This document shows, piece by piece, positions 38,923-48,833 of a DNA stretch of 55,759 nt (positions are counted from its first letter, which is position 1; each line of letters begins with the position of its first letter). Both the position numbers and the translations under genes were made by a program. The DNA comes from an uncultured Bacilli bacterium. Lineage in GTDB: Bacteria > Bacillota_I > Bacilli_A > RF39 > UBA660. The notes below the pieces were generated by a model. That model made no database searches. It was not told where the DNA came from and worked only from the letters and a program-made list of their open reading frames with translations. Location of the stretch: assembly GCA_944332025.1 (NCBI GenBank), contig CALVJB010000004.1:1-55759 (forward strand), in the 5' to 3' direction.

Positions 38923-39590
38923 CTCCTCGTTACTTTATCTAAAATATTATCAAGTACACTTTCATAATCAATTGGTAGTTCTACCACTTTCATAAAGCCA
39001 TTTAACAATAGATTAAAAGCTTCTTTTTTACTTATTCCCTTTGTTTCTAAATAGAATAATAATTTTTCATCAAAAGGTCCTGTGTAAGCGGAATGATTAG
39101 CAATAGAATCAAATTCATCTATAAAAAGATTTGGTTCTATTAAACTTTTTCCCTCATCTAAATTAATTATTCTACTAGATTGATTACATACTGAACCTAT
39201 CATACCTTTTTTAATATAACCATTAACACTAAACTTTAAATCTCCTTTACCATAACTAATTCCATGACATGTAACATTACTTGTTGTTTCTTTATTTTTA
39301 TGATAAACATTTACTTCATTAGTTATCTTTTTATCAGTAACAGTCATTTCATAAAAGTCTAGTTTAGCATTATTATAGATATTAATATTAACAGTAATAC
39401 TTTCCGTAGTAATATTATAAATAGTTGTAGAGTTTAATATATTGAAATCAACTTTTATATTATTTTTAGTTACAAGATATAGTTTTACATTATCACTTTC
39501 AATATTAATAGTAGTATCTTTATCTAGTTCTAATTTAAAGGTGCCTTCTTTACTAAAACTTTTAGCACTATCTAATAATATATTATTCAT
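38919..39590 (-). CDS. sufD: SufD-family protein, short form
   Basis: PNLFIDE, ANHSA, LFYLETKGI motifs; position between sufC and sufS. Confidence 0.85.
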   Translation of the reverse strand: MNNILLDSAKSFSKEGTFKLELDKDTTINIESDNVKLYLVTKNNIKVDFNILNSTTIYNITTESITVNINIYNNAKLDFYEMTVTDKKITNEVNVYHKNKETTSNVTCHGISYGKGDLKFSVNGYIKKGMIGSVCNQSSRIINLDEGKSLIEPNLFIDEFDSIANHSAYTGPFDEKLLFYLETKGISKKEAFNLLLNGFMKVVELPIDYESVLDNILDKVTRR

Positions 39591-40344
39591 AATTTTCACT
39601 AGGCTCCACTTCATTTACCCCGGTAAAACCTGTTTTTTCTATTTGTTTAGCAAGAGTAATATCTCCTGTTTTAACTATCTTACCATCTTTCATCTCATGA
39701 ACAAAGTCTGGTTTAATTAAATCTAGAACTCTACTATAGTGAGTAATAATTAGAACACTTGTATCTTTATTTTCTTTTAAGTAATCATTAATATTATTTG
39801 CAACTACTTTTAGACTATCTACATCTAATCCACTATCTAATTCATCTAAAATAATAAAACTAGGTGTTAAGACTTTTAGTCCTAAAACTTCATTTTTCTT
39901 TCTTTCTCCTCCTGATAAACCTTTATTAATAGATCTATGCATAGCATCTTTTGGTAGATTTAGGGAGTCTAATTCTTTTTTCATCTTAGTAATAAAAGAA
40001 TATAGATTAGTATCACTACCTCGTTCTTTTAGGGCAGTTCTTAGGGCTTCACTATTACTTACACCATCAATAATAGATGGATCTTGCATAAGTAGGTAAA
40101 TACCTAGTCTTGCTATTTCATCAGTTGTTAAATCATTTAGAGTCTTTCCATTATAAGTAATAGAACCACTTTCTATAACATAATCAGGATGATGCATTAT
40201 TGCTTTTGATAAAGTACTCTTTCCTACTCCATTAGGTCCCATAATAGCATGTATTTCTCCTTTATCAATAGTAAGAGAAAAATCTTTTAAAATCTCTTTA
40301 TCAGTATCTTTTATTTTTACATTTAACTTATCTATTTTAAACAT
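39583..40344 (-). CDS. sufC: Fe-S assembly ATPase
   Basis: MGPNGVGKST, SGGERKKNE and LDELDSGLDVD motifs. Confidence 0.95.
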   Translation of the reverse strand: MFKIDKLNVKIKDTDKEILKDFSLTIDKGEIHAIMGPNGVGKSTLSKAIMHHPDYVIESGSITYNGKTLNDLTTDEIARLGIYLLMQDPSIIDGVSNSEALRTALKERGSDTNLYSFITKMKKELDSLNLPKDAMHRSINKGLSGGERKKNEVLGLKVLTPSFIILDELDSGLDVDSLKVVANNINDYLKENKDTSVLIITHYSRVLDLIKPDFVHEMKDGKIVKTGDITLAKQIEKTGFTGVNEVEPSENYE

Positions 40345-40430
40345 ATTATCACCCTTTCTAATTGTATGATAAATTATATTATTAAATTGTCAATATTTAT
40401 GTTAAAAGACATGCTTAGTATAACACATAA

Positions 40431-41153
40431 TTGCTTATATTTAAAGGATTTGATAAAATAATAAATAGGAGATATAGAAAGATAGTGGTTTTTATGTATA
40501 ACAAAAAAATGAATAAATTAATGATAGGACAAGCATTGCTTTTTGGACTTGTTATTATCTTTTTTGGAATTATTATTGTTAGAGAAAAAGTACCAAGTTT
40601 AAAGTCTAAAAATGTAGAAGAAGATATCAATACTTATTTTGAAGAGAATTATAATGATTTAGATGTATCTAAAGGAGATTTAAAATATAATAAAGACGAT
40701 AATAGTTATAGCATTACCTATTATGATAAAGATTATAAAGAGTTAAACTTTACTATTACATATTTAAATAATAAGATTACTGATAATTATAAAGATAACT
40801 ATGTAAAAGGAAAAGATGTTCTTAAAAGAGCAAGTAAAGATGTATTAGATAAGTATAAAGATATTTTTTCTAATACTAATTATGAAAATATAAAAGTAGA
40901 GTTTAAAGATTTAGATGAGTATAATAAAGCTGAAGTGGTGGATATTTTAGAAGGTAATATTTATAATACAGGTTATTACTCTGTTAGTTATTATGTTAAA
41001 GTAGATAGTTTAGATGAAGTTTATCTTAATAATTTAATTAATAGTTTTAATACTATTGCTGCTGATAATGGTTTGGTTACAAATAATTATAGTGTTACTT
41101 TTGATAATAATGGTATAATAAAGATAGTTGAAGGAGGAAATTTTAATGAATGA
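40431..41153 (+). CDS. Membrane-anchored hypothetical protein; the true start may be a downstream ATG
   Basis: One TM helix followed by a soluble domain; overlaps the HIT start. Confidence 0.7.
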   Translation: MLIFKGFDKIINRRYRKIVVFMYNKKMNKLMIGQALLFGLVIIFFGIIIVREKVPSLKSKNVEEDINTYFEENYNDLDVSKGDLKYNKDDNSYSITYYDKDYKELNFTITYLNNKITDNYKDNYVKGKDVLKRASKDVLDKYKDIFSNTNYENIKVEFKDLDEYNKAEVVDILEGNIYNTGYYSVSYYVKVDSLDEVYLNNLINSFNTIAADNGLVTNNYSVTFDNNGIIKIVEGGNFNE

Positions 41154-41544
41154 TTGTTTATTCTGTAAAATAATTAAAGGAGATATTCCATCTTATAAAG
41201 TCTATGAAGATGATAAAGTATTAGCTTTCTTAGATGTTAATCCTAATAGTGATGGTCATACTTTAGTAATACCTAAAGAACATTATGAAAATTTATTTGA
41301 GACACCTAATGAGTTAATTACTTATATGATAGATACTATTAAGACTCATATTTATCCTATATTAAAAGAGAAACTTAATATTGATGGTTTAACTATTTGT
41401 CAAAATAATTATTATGGACAAGATGTTAAACATTATCATATTCATTTAATACCAAGATATGATAGTGATAGTTTTAAATGTACTTATGATAGTAGTAAAG
41501 TTAGTGATATTAAAGATGTATATGAAAAGTTAAAAACTGAGTAG
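41146..41544 (+). CDS. HIT family hydrolase
   Basis: MNDCLFCKI, GHTLVIPK and HYHIHLIPR motifs; RBS ggagga. Confidence 0.93.
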   Translation: MNDCLFCKIIKGDIPSYKVYEDDKVLAFLDVNPNSDGHTLVIPKEHYENLFETPNELITYMIDTIKTHIYPILKEKLNIDGLTICQNNYYGQDVKHYHIHLIPRYDSDSFKCTYDSSKVSDIKDVYEKLKTE

Positions 41545-41561
41545 AATTTTTTTACTCAGTT

Positions 41562-42785
41562 TTATTCTTCTAATAAAAAGTCTATAATATTTATTACTTC
41601 TATACCATCTATTTGTTTATTTTTTACATTATCCATTGTTAATATAACTTTCTTATAATTATCATTGATAGCAAGTAAAGACTTCTTTTCTCTTTCTTCT
41701 ACTTTTTCATCTAAAATACTTCTTGATACTTGATAGTATACTCTTTCGTTTGATTTAATGGCAATGAAATCAATTTCAATATTATCATACTTTCCCACAT
41801 AGACTTCATATCCTCTTCTTAGTAATTCTATATAAACTAAGTTTTCATAACTACTGCCACTATCATATGAAGAAGTACCATCTATTACATTTTTTAGACC
41901 ATTATCAACGAAATAATATTTTCCCTGTGTTTTTAATAATTGTTTTCCTTTTAATTCAAATCTAGGTACTCTATAGATGAAATATGCATTCTCTAACATT
42001 TTCAGATAGGCATCTACTGTTTCATTACTAATAGAACTACCATTTTTTTTCATAAACTCGGCAATAGAATTAGGAGTAGTTAAATTACCTATACATGAAG
42101 CCATATATTTTATTAAATTATCTAAAAATACTATATCTTTTATATTGTTTCTACTAATAACATCTTTCTTTAAAACAACCTCTTTTATATCATTTAAATA
42201 GTTAGTCATCAATTCTTCATTATCATTCATGTTAACTAACATTGGCAAACCACCAAATTTTAAGTATTTATCAAATTTTTCAAACTTTTCCTCATTATTT
42301 TTAAATGGGTATTCTTTGATAAACTCTTTAAAAGAGAATGGATATATCTTTATTGTTAAAACTCTACCTGCAAGTAATGTTGTAAGTTCACTTGATAAAA
42401 GATAAGCATTTGATCCTGTTATATAAATATCTGAATTAATATCTACTAATAAAGAATTAACTGCTTTTTCCCATTTATCTACATTTTGTACTTCATCTAA
42501 TAATATATATTTTTTGTTGTTATTTTTTACTTTCTCTTTTATATAGTTATATAAATCTTTATAATCTTTTATATCGTAAAATGTGGCACTTTCAAAATTC
42601 ATATATATTATATCTTCTTCATTTACTTTCTCAGTTATTAGATAGTCTTTATATTGTAATAATAAAGTACTCTTTCCACTTCTTCTTACTCCTGTAATTA
42701 CTTTTATTAAATTTAAGTCTTTCCCTGCTATTAATTGATTTAAGTATTTTTCTCTTACAAGCATAAATATCACCTCTAGTATCAT
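41562..42785 (-). CDS. AAA_14/DUF4143 ATP-binding protein, second subfamily
   Basis: GVRRSGKST, LLDEVQ, ITGSNA and EIDFIA...YYQV motifs. Confidence 0.9.
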   Translation of the reverse strand: MILEVIFMLVREKYLNQLIAGKDLNLIKVITGVRRSGKSTLLLQYKDYLITEKVNEEDIIYMNFESATFYDIKDYKDLYNYIKEKVKNNNKKYILLDEVQNVDKWEKAVNSLLVDINSDIYITGSNAYLLSSELTTLLAGRVLTIKIYPFSFKEFIKEYPFKNNEEKFEKFDKYLKFGGLPMLVNMNDNEELMTNYLNDIKEVVLKKDVISRNNIKDIVFLDNLIKYMASCIGNLTTPNSIAEFMKKNGSSISNETVDAYLKMLENAYFIYRVPRFELKGKQLLKTQGKYYFVDNGLKNVIDGTSSYDSGSSYENLVYIELLRRGYEVYVGKYDNIEIDFIAIKSNERVYYQVSRSILDEKVEEREKKSLLAINDNYKKVILTMDNVKNKQIDGIEVINIIDFLLEE

Positions 42786-42809
42786 TATACACTTTTTTCA
42801 GTATTTGTC

Positions 42810-42839
42810 AAAGTTTTACGGCTATAACCGTAAAACTTT
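42810..42839. promoter_or_regulatory. Near-perfect 30-bp palindrome overlapping the ATPase -35 box
   Basis: aaagttttacgg-ctataa-ccgtaaaacttt; minus-strand TTGACA, 16 bp, TATAAT follows. Confidence 0.7.
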
Positions 42840-42867
42840 TTATTTTTCTATTTTTTGCGACTACAAA

Positions 42868-43368
42868 CTATTTTATGAAGAAACTAAAGATGAAATCAGT
42901 AATTATTAAAATTAAAAGAATGATAGAGATAAATTTAGGAATCTTTTCTATGAACTTATCTGTTATAGGTTTTACTACATATAAGAATATTAGACATGCT
43001 GTTCCCCATACTAGGCTTACTTCCAAAGATATATATTTACCAAAGTTATATTTCATGTCAGTATAATTCCAAAAACTTTTATGAAAAATAAACTCTGTTA
43101 AATGTCCCCCTATTAGTTCTATAATTGTTAATATTATTGTAACACTTATAAATAAGATAATTATTTTTTGCCATCTTTTTATTTTTAAATTATTAAATAT
43201 TAATCTTGTTAGAAAAATCATAATAATTACCCCAAAACCATAAATAGGCATCCATGGTCCATAAAAGGGATTACTAGTAAAATCTCCTGTTAATATTAAC
43301 CGTAATATATTTTCATAGATAAATCCTAAAATAGCGAAAAAAAGAAAATTATTTAAATAATAATACAT
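42868..43368 (-). CDS. Putative ABC-transporter permease-like membrane protein (DUF1113/CmpB-like)
   Basis: GFIYE, GPWMPIYGFG, FWNYT and SLVWG motifs. Confidence 0.8.
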   Translation of the reverse strand: MYYYLNNFLFFAILGFIYENILRLILTGDFTSNPFYGPWMPIYGFGVIIMIFLTRLIFNNLKIKRWQKIIILFISVTIILTIIELIGGHLTEFIFHKSFWNYTDMKYNFGKYISLEVSLVWGTACLIFLYVVKPITDKFIEKIPKFISIILLILIITDFIFSFFIK

Positions 43369-43449
43369 AGTATCACACTCTTTTCTATATTATTATTAAC
43401 AATTTTCTTTATATAATACAAAAAGAAACTCTAAAAAAGAGCTTCTTAA

Positions 43450-43578
43450 TTAATAACTCATGCAAGAACCTAAGATGATAGCTAGTAAGATATATAATAC
43501 AATTATAATTAGAAAACTATTTCTTGGTCTTGATGAACAGCAGCTTGTAGTTACTGTTTGATTATTTGAACAAGACAT
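43450..43578 (-). CDS. YjcZ/SscA-family small spore protein (42 aa), absent from the ORF track
   Basis: MSCSNNQTVTTSCCSSRPRNSFLIIIVLYILLAIILGSCMSY; RBS aaggaggt. Confidence 0.8.
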   Translation of the reverse strand: MSCSNNQTVTTSCCSSRPRNSFLIIIVLYILLAIILGSCMSY

Positions 43579-43600
43579 TTTTACACCTCCTTTTTATACC

Positions 43601-43681
43601 TTAGCAGACAGCACCTATTATAATAACTAGTAAGATAAATAATACTAATATAATAGCGCTGTTTGAATTACAATTACCCAT
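43601..43681 (-). CDS. YjcZ/SscA-family small spore protein (26 aa), absent from the ORF track
   Basis: MGNCNSNSAIILVLFILLVIIIGAVC; LVLFILL.II.G signature; RBS aaggagg. Confidence 0.85.
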   Translation of the reverse strand: MGNCNSNSAIILVLFILLVIIIGAVC

Positions 43682-43713
43682 AACTTAATCCTCCTTTTTT
43701 CTAGTGTTCACAT

Positions 43714-43741
43714 TATTCTATGGTAAATATTAAAAAAGTGT
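43714..43741 (-). promoter_or_regulatory. Sigma-K-like promoter
   Basis: ACA, 16 bp, CATAgaaTA. Confidence 0.65.
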
Positions 43742-43820
43742 GATAAATTTGCTTTATTTTGTTTGCAAGTTAGGTAAGATAATGCTATGATATTTATTGA
43801 ATTGATAAGGAGGAAATTAA

Positions 43821-44819
43821 ATGAAAAAAATAGTTAAAGTGACAGCAAGTGCTCTTGCAATATGCTTACTTGTTACTGGTTGTGGTAATAATGCTGAACT
43901 TAAAGATAATAATACAGTTGTTAAAACTGATGAAGGAAAGATTACAGCAGATCAGTTATATGAAAGTTTAAGAGATAAGTATGGTATTAGTGTTTTAATT
44001 GATATGATTGATCATAAATTATTTGATGAGAAATATGAAACTGATGAGACTGAAGAAGAAACTATTAATGCCCAAATTGAACAAATGAAATCTCAATACA
44101 ATAATGATGATGAGGCTTTTCAAGCTGCTATAAAGCAATATTTAGGTGTTGAAGATGAAGATGAGTTAAGAGATATGTTATCACTTGAATATAAGAGGAA
44201 TTTAGCGATTGAAGATCATGTAAAGAATAGTGTTACTGATGATGAGATCCAAAAATACTATGATGATGAAGTTATCGGTGATATTAAAGTTAGACATATT
44301 TTAATTAAACCTGATACTAATGATGATATGTCTACTGAAGAAAAACAAAAAGCTGAAGATAAAGCTAAGAAAGAAGCAGAAGACTTAATTAAACAATTAG
44401 ATGATGGTGCTGACTTTGAGGAACTTGCTAAAGAATATTCTGATGATACTGGTAGTGCTAGTGATGGTGGTTTAATTGATTACTTCAATAAAGATGATAA
44501 TATGGATGAAGCTTTCTTAAATGCATCAATTGATCTTGAAGAAGGTAAATATACTGAAGAACCTGTTCAATCTAGTTTTGGTTATCATATTATCCTTAAG
44601 TTAGATCAAAAGAAGAAACCTAAACTAAATAAAGTTAAAAATGATATAATAGAGACATTAGCAGAAGAAAAGTTAAATGAAGATGCAGCACTTAGATATA
44701 ATGCTTTAATAGAGATTAGAGAAGAAGCTGGTATTAAGTTTAACGATGATAGCTTAAAGAAAGATTATGATGAGTTAATGCAACAACTATTAGATAGTGT
44801 TAATAGTACTGTTAGCTAG
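43821..44819 (+). CDS. prsA: Foldase lipoprotein PrsA
   Basis: VTGC lipobox; RHILIK, FEELAKEYSDD and SSFGYHII parvulin motifs. Confidence 0.92.
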   Translation: MKKIVKVTASALAICLLVTGCGNNAELKDNNTVVKTDEGKITADQLYESLRDKYGISVLIDMIDHKLFDEKYETDETEEETINAQIEQMKSQYNNDDEAFQAAIKQYLGVEDEDELRDMLSLEYKRNLAIEDHVKNSVTDDEIQKYYDDEVIGDIKVRHILIKPDTNDDMSTEEKQKAEDKAKKEAEDLIKQLDDGADFEELAKEYSDDTGSASDGGLIDYFNKDDNMDEAFLNASIDLEEGKYTEEPVQSSFGYHIILKLDQKKKPKLNKVKNDIIETLAEEKLNEDAALRYNALIEIREEAGIKFNDDSLKKDYDELMQQLLDSVNSTVS

Positions 44820-44873
44820 AAAAGGAAAATTTAATATTTAAGAGAAGTACCCAATATTAGTTACTTCTCTTTT

Positions 44874-44902
44874 TTGACAAAATAATATATTTGCAGTATA
44901 AT
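44874..44902 (+). promoter_or_regulatory. Consensus sigma-A promoter fused to the T-run of the prsA terminator
   Basis: TTGACA (44874-44879), 17 bp, TATAAT (44897-44902). Confidence 0.8.
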
Positions 44903-44933
44903 ATGCGACACAAGAAATGAAAGGGATGAAATA

Positions 44934-45629
44934 ATGAGAAAAGATATAACTCTAGAAACTAAGGAAAGATTAATACCTATTTATGAACAAGTAGAAAAGG
45001 ATTTTATAGAATTTCCTAATATTAAGACTACTGAAGATTTCTTTGCTTGGAGAGATAATATAAAAAAGGAAATAGAAAATAAATATGTGAAAGCTCAAAA
45101 AACATGTGATGATAAGACAAAAAAAATATTACGTAATAAAAAGGTTGAAGAAACGATTCAAGGAAATGAGTCATTAGAAATGCTTTATGCATGGACTAAA
45201 TGTGATAGAATGGTTACTGGTACTAAAGCTTTAATTCGTACTGTTAATGACAGATATGGAATTGAAGATAATGATCATGTAATTAAGGCTAGTGATGTTT
45301 TGCATAATCATCTTAAAGAAAATGGAAAAGCTAATACTGATGATTTGTTTAATCTTTTTCAAATACCAGAACTTAATTTATTAGTAAAGTATCAAAACTA
45401 TGAATTTAAACCTATAACTACGCCTTTTGAATTTGAAAGATTAATATTTAAACAAGATGAATCTCCTTGGCCTGCTCCTTTGTTTATCGCTGCTTTAAAA
45501 GCTTATGGTGTAGAAACTGAAGATTTACTTGCTATAGGAAGAAAATTTATGGTTTTAGGGAAAAATTACATAGAAGCGGTTAAAAATAATTATTCTAATA
45601 CAGAAGAGAAAAAACATACACATAAATAA
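44934..45629 (+). CDS. Hypothetical protein
   Basis: 231-aa ORF with a consensus promoter. Confidence 0.7.
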   Translation: MRKDITLETKERLIPIYEQVEKDFIEFPNIKTTEDFFAWRDNIKKEIENKYVKAQKTCDDKTKKILRNKKVEETIQGNESLEMLYAWTKCDRMVTGTKALIRTVNDRYGIEDNDHVIKASDVLHNHLKENGKANTDDLFNLFQIPELNLLVKYQNYEFKPITTPFEFERLIFKQDESPWPAPLFIAALKAYGVETEDLLAIGRKFMVLGKNYIEAVKNNYSNTEEKKHTHK

Positions 45630-45652
45630 AGGAGGTAATGAACTTATCTCCT

Positions 45653-46402
45653 TTATTCTTTTGGTATATTAAAGCCTAAACTATACATTTTTTGTCTAAG
45701 TTTATATTCTAGTTCTTTACCAGAGTATTTTTTACTTAACTTATTATAATATTTTTCATATTCCTTTTTAGCAATATCATTATTTTCCTCTATATTAGTA
45801 GAGTTTAGTACTTCTTTTATTATATCTTTAGAAAAGCCATTATTAATTAAATCTACTTGTAATTTTTGTTTTAAAACTTTAACACTTTTATTATGATTAG
45901 ATTTTATCTTTTTAGAGATTAACTTCTCTATTTTTTCTTTTTCTAAGAAGTTCGTATACTCTTCTAAAGCTTCAGTATAATCATTAGGCTCTACTCCCTT
46001 TTTATCTAACTCTAAAGCTATTTTTTTAGGACCTTTATTAGTTGTAATAATACTATTATGAACATAACTCTTAGCATAGTTTTTATCATTAATATAGCCT
46101 TGTTTTTCTAAAGTAGTGATAGCAAAGTCTATACTTTCCTTACTATATTTCTTTTCTATTAGTTTTTTTCTTATCTCTTCTTTAGTTTTAATAGTTCTTT
46201 TTAAAGTCTTTAAAGCATCATAATAACTCTCATAGTTTTTATTATCCTTTATTATCTTATTAAGTTCATCTTCTTCAATAGTCTTTGTTATTAGTAGTTC
46301 ATATTTTAATATTATCTCTTCATAAAAGTCATAAGAGTTAAAATTATCTAAATAAATGGTATATAAACCATTAGGTCTTTTCTTAAACTTTTCTATTTTC
46401 AT
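45653..46402 (-). CDS. recX: RecX family regulator
   Basis: GYINDKNYAKSY, KGPKKIALEL.KKGV and KMYSLGF motifs. Confidence 0.85.
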   Translation of the reverse strand: MKIEKFKKRPNGLYTIYLDNFNSYDFYEEIILKYELLITKTIEEDELNKIIKDNKNYESYYDALKTLKRTIKTKEEIRKKLIEKKYSKESIDFAITTLEKQGYINDKNYAKSYVHNSIITTNKGPKKIALELDKKGVEPNDYTEALEEYTNFLEKEKIEKLISKKIKSNHNKSVKVLKQKLQVDLINNGFSKDIIKEVLNSTNIEENNDIAKKEYEKYYNKLSKKYSGKELEYKLRQKMYSLGFNIPKE

Positions 46403-46412
46403 TAGTACCTCC

Positions 46413-47477
46413 TCATTTAATTACTTTATTAAAATGATATAACTGTTTACATAAAGGTCTTTTTCTAGTGCCACTATGTGCTTCTAATTCTTCTAAATTC
46501 TCATAAATATTTGGTGTCTTTATACCAATACTATTAAGTGTCTTTAAATCATATTCTTTAAAAGCTGCACACGGTAAAACTGTTCCATCATACTTTATAA
46601 CTAATTTACTTAACCCTGCTGTACATTTATGAGTATCTTCTCCTTGTAAATGGATTCCTACTCTTAAATTACCTTTGAATTTATCTTTACATCTATTAAA
46701 TATTTCAACAAATTCCTTAAATTCATTTTCTGATAAAGAAAGTAATTCTTCATTAATTTTTCCTCTTCCTTGGGGAACAAAGTTTAAAATACTTAACTCA
46801 TCAAATTCTGCTACATTTAACATTTCAATGATATCCTCTAATTCTTTATAATTAATTTTAGTAGGAATGAAATGAGCATCTGTTTTTAAGCCACTACTTT
46901 TCGCTTTTATCATTGATGTAGTTACTATATCAAATAAGTCTTTAGTCCCCATAATTTTATTATATACATCTTTGTTCCAAGCTTGAAAGTCAAAAACAAT
47001 CTTATCAAGACCACTTTCTTTTAATAGTTTACAGTCATATGATGATAAGTGGTCATATTTTTTTTCATTATATCTTAAATATATTGACATTTGTTTACTA
47101 ATTAACATCTCATATTCTTCTTTAGACATACCTTCTTTAAGATAAGATTTATACTGTTTTCTTAGATTGAACTCTAATATTTCTTTATCCTCTTCTGTCA
47201 TTTTAGTTCTTAATTTTATACCACTAGTAAATAAGATTGTTCTAATATTATTTATCTTACAATATCTAATCATCCTTAACAGGTCAGGATGTAATAGAGG
47301 TTCTCCTCCAGATAAAGATATTTCTTCTATTCCTCCTATACTCATAAAATAATCTATTACTTCTTTAAACTTTTTATAATCAATTATTCTTTTCTTATTA
47401 ATAGATGAACATGAGGAACAGAATAAACAATTATTAGGACAGGTTTCTATTATTTCAAAGCATAAATCATTTAACAT
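46413..47477 (-). CDS. Radical SAM protein with a SPASM/Twitch-like C-terminus
   Basis: CPNNCLFC, SGGEPLL and CTAG...DGTVLPC motifs. Confidence 0.9.
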   Translation of the reverse strand: MLNDLCFEIIETCPNNCLFCSSCSSINKKRIIDYKKFKEVIDYFMSIGGIEEISLSGGEPLLHPDLLRMIRYCKINNIRTILFTSGIKLRTKMTEEDKEILEFNLRKQYKSYLKEGMSKEEYEMLISKQMSIYLRYNEKKYDHLSSYDCKLLKESGLDKIVFDFQAWNKDVYNKIMGTKDLFDIVTTSMIKAKSSGLKTDAHFIPTKINYKELEDIIEMLNVAEFDELSILNFVPQGRGKINEELLSLSENEFKEFVEIFNRCKDKFKGNLRVGIHLQGEDTHKCTAGLSKLVIKYDGTVLPCAAFKEYDLKTLNSIGIKTPNIYENLEELEAHSGTRKRPLCKQLYHFNKVIK

Positions 47478-47563
47478 TATTAATTCCCCCTTATAGTCAT
47501 TTTAGCACATTAAGTAGTTAATTTAAATAATAAAACACATACCCGACTGATATGTGTTTCTTA

Positions 47564-47779
47564 TTAGTTTTCTTTTTCAACTACCTTTAATTTACCCTCT
47601 AAAATTTCTTCTAAAGCTCTACCTATATTTTTACTACATTTATATTGGTTAAGAGCTAGTTGATAGTGTTCATCTTTAGTCATCTCTTTACTACGTCTTG
47701 CAGCGATATGAACTAATTCATACTTAGAACTTACAATATTAAGTAATTTATCAATAGATGGATAATTCACTTGTATCAC
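47564..47779 (-). CDS. rpoZ: RNA polymerase omega subunit
   Basis: YPSIDKLL, SKYELVHIAARR and ALEEI motifs. Confidence 0.92.
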   Translation of the reverse strand: MIQVNYPSIDKLLNIVSSKYELVHIAARRSKEMTKDEHYQLALNQYKCSKNIGRALEEILEGKLKVVEKEN

Positions 47780-47869
47780 ACTCCTTATTATTATCTTATA
47801 ATTATAAAGAATATTTTACAAGTGATATGACATAATTAGACATTTTTTAACATGTAAATAAGAATATAT

Positions 47870-48817
47870 TTAAACTTCATAAACTTTATTAAAGTATTCT
47901 TTTATTATGTCTGTTTTAATCTCTTTATTTATTTCTGTATTTTTCCAAGGATCTTCTTCATGAGTAAAATCAATTAACTTGTTTGCCTCCATACTTCCGT
48001 AGCTATCAATAACTTCATTAATTACTTTCTCTAAACCATTTGATATCTTTTTAACATTGTCATCAGTTTTAATTTCATTACTATGATTTTCTTTATATTT
48101 TTGATATACTTCATTTACAACCGGTCCATATGACCATGCCATTATTTTTTCTTTAAAAGCTATTTTTTCAAAAACTTGTAAACTAATGGCTTGGACATAA
48201 TACAATAATTTTTGCAATTTTAAATTAGTTATATATTCAGGGACAATATTATATTCATTTACTAATTTATCAACTTTTTCATTATATATTTTTATAATAT
48301 TTTCTGCTACATCAATTACGTTTTCTTCTTCAAAAGATAATAGTTTTTTATCAAATGTATTTATGTCTATAAGGTCATGTCTTTTCAATGTCATTAATTC
48401 TTGTACTTTATTTAAAGTTGATTTATATAATGAGTCAGTTATGTTATTTTTGTTTTTCAAAAGTAGAAAATACATATTATTAGGATTGTTTGATAATCTC
48501 ATTATAGAATCTACTGCTTCTGTTTGTATTGCTCCTTTTTCAAAACGATGAACAGTTATCTCTCCTACTCCTATAATAGAAGCATACTCTTTTTGAGTTA
48601 AGTCGTATTTTTTTCTTATTTCTTTTATTTCAGTACTTGTTAATAAATTTTTTTGCCTTTTATAAATATTGTATAATCTATTATCATTTTCTATTTCTAT
48701 CTCTCTATTAAATATTTCTTCATCAAATTCATCTACTAAATAATACTCATCATAGGAAATGATTTTATCTTTAACTTGTACTTTAACTTTTCTAACTCTT
48801 AAATTATTATTTTTCAT
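47870..48817 (-). CDS. Antitoxin: MqsA-like HTH fused to a Panacea (DUF4065/SocA) domain
   Basis: EIKEIRKKYDLTQ...RFEKG; ITNLKLQKLLYY, AWSYGPV and THEEDPW motifs. Confidence 0.85.
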   Translation of the reverse strand: MKNNNLRVRKVKVQVKDKIISYDEYYLVDEFDEEIFNREIEIENDNRLYNIYKRQKNLLTSTEIKEIRKKYDLTQKEYASIIGVGEITVHRFEKGAIQTEAVDSIMRLSNNPNNMYFLLLKNKNNITDSLYKSTLNKVQELMTLKRHDLIDINTFDKKLLSFEEENVIDVAENIIKIYNEKVDKLVNEYNIVPEYITNLKLQKLLYYVQAISLQVFEKIAFKEKIMAWSYGPVVNEVYQKYKENHSNEIKTDDNVKKISNGLEKVINEVIDSYGSMEANKLIDFTHEEDPWKNTEINKEIKTDIIKEYFNKVYEV

Positions 48818-48833
48818 GGTAATTCCCTCCCAA

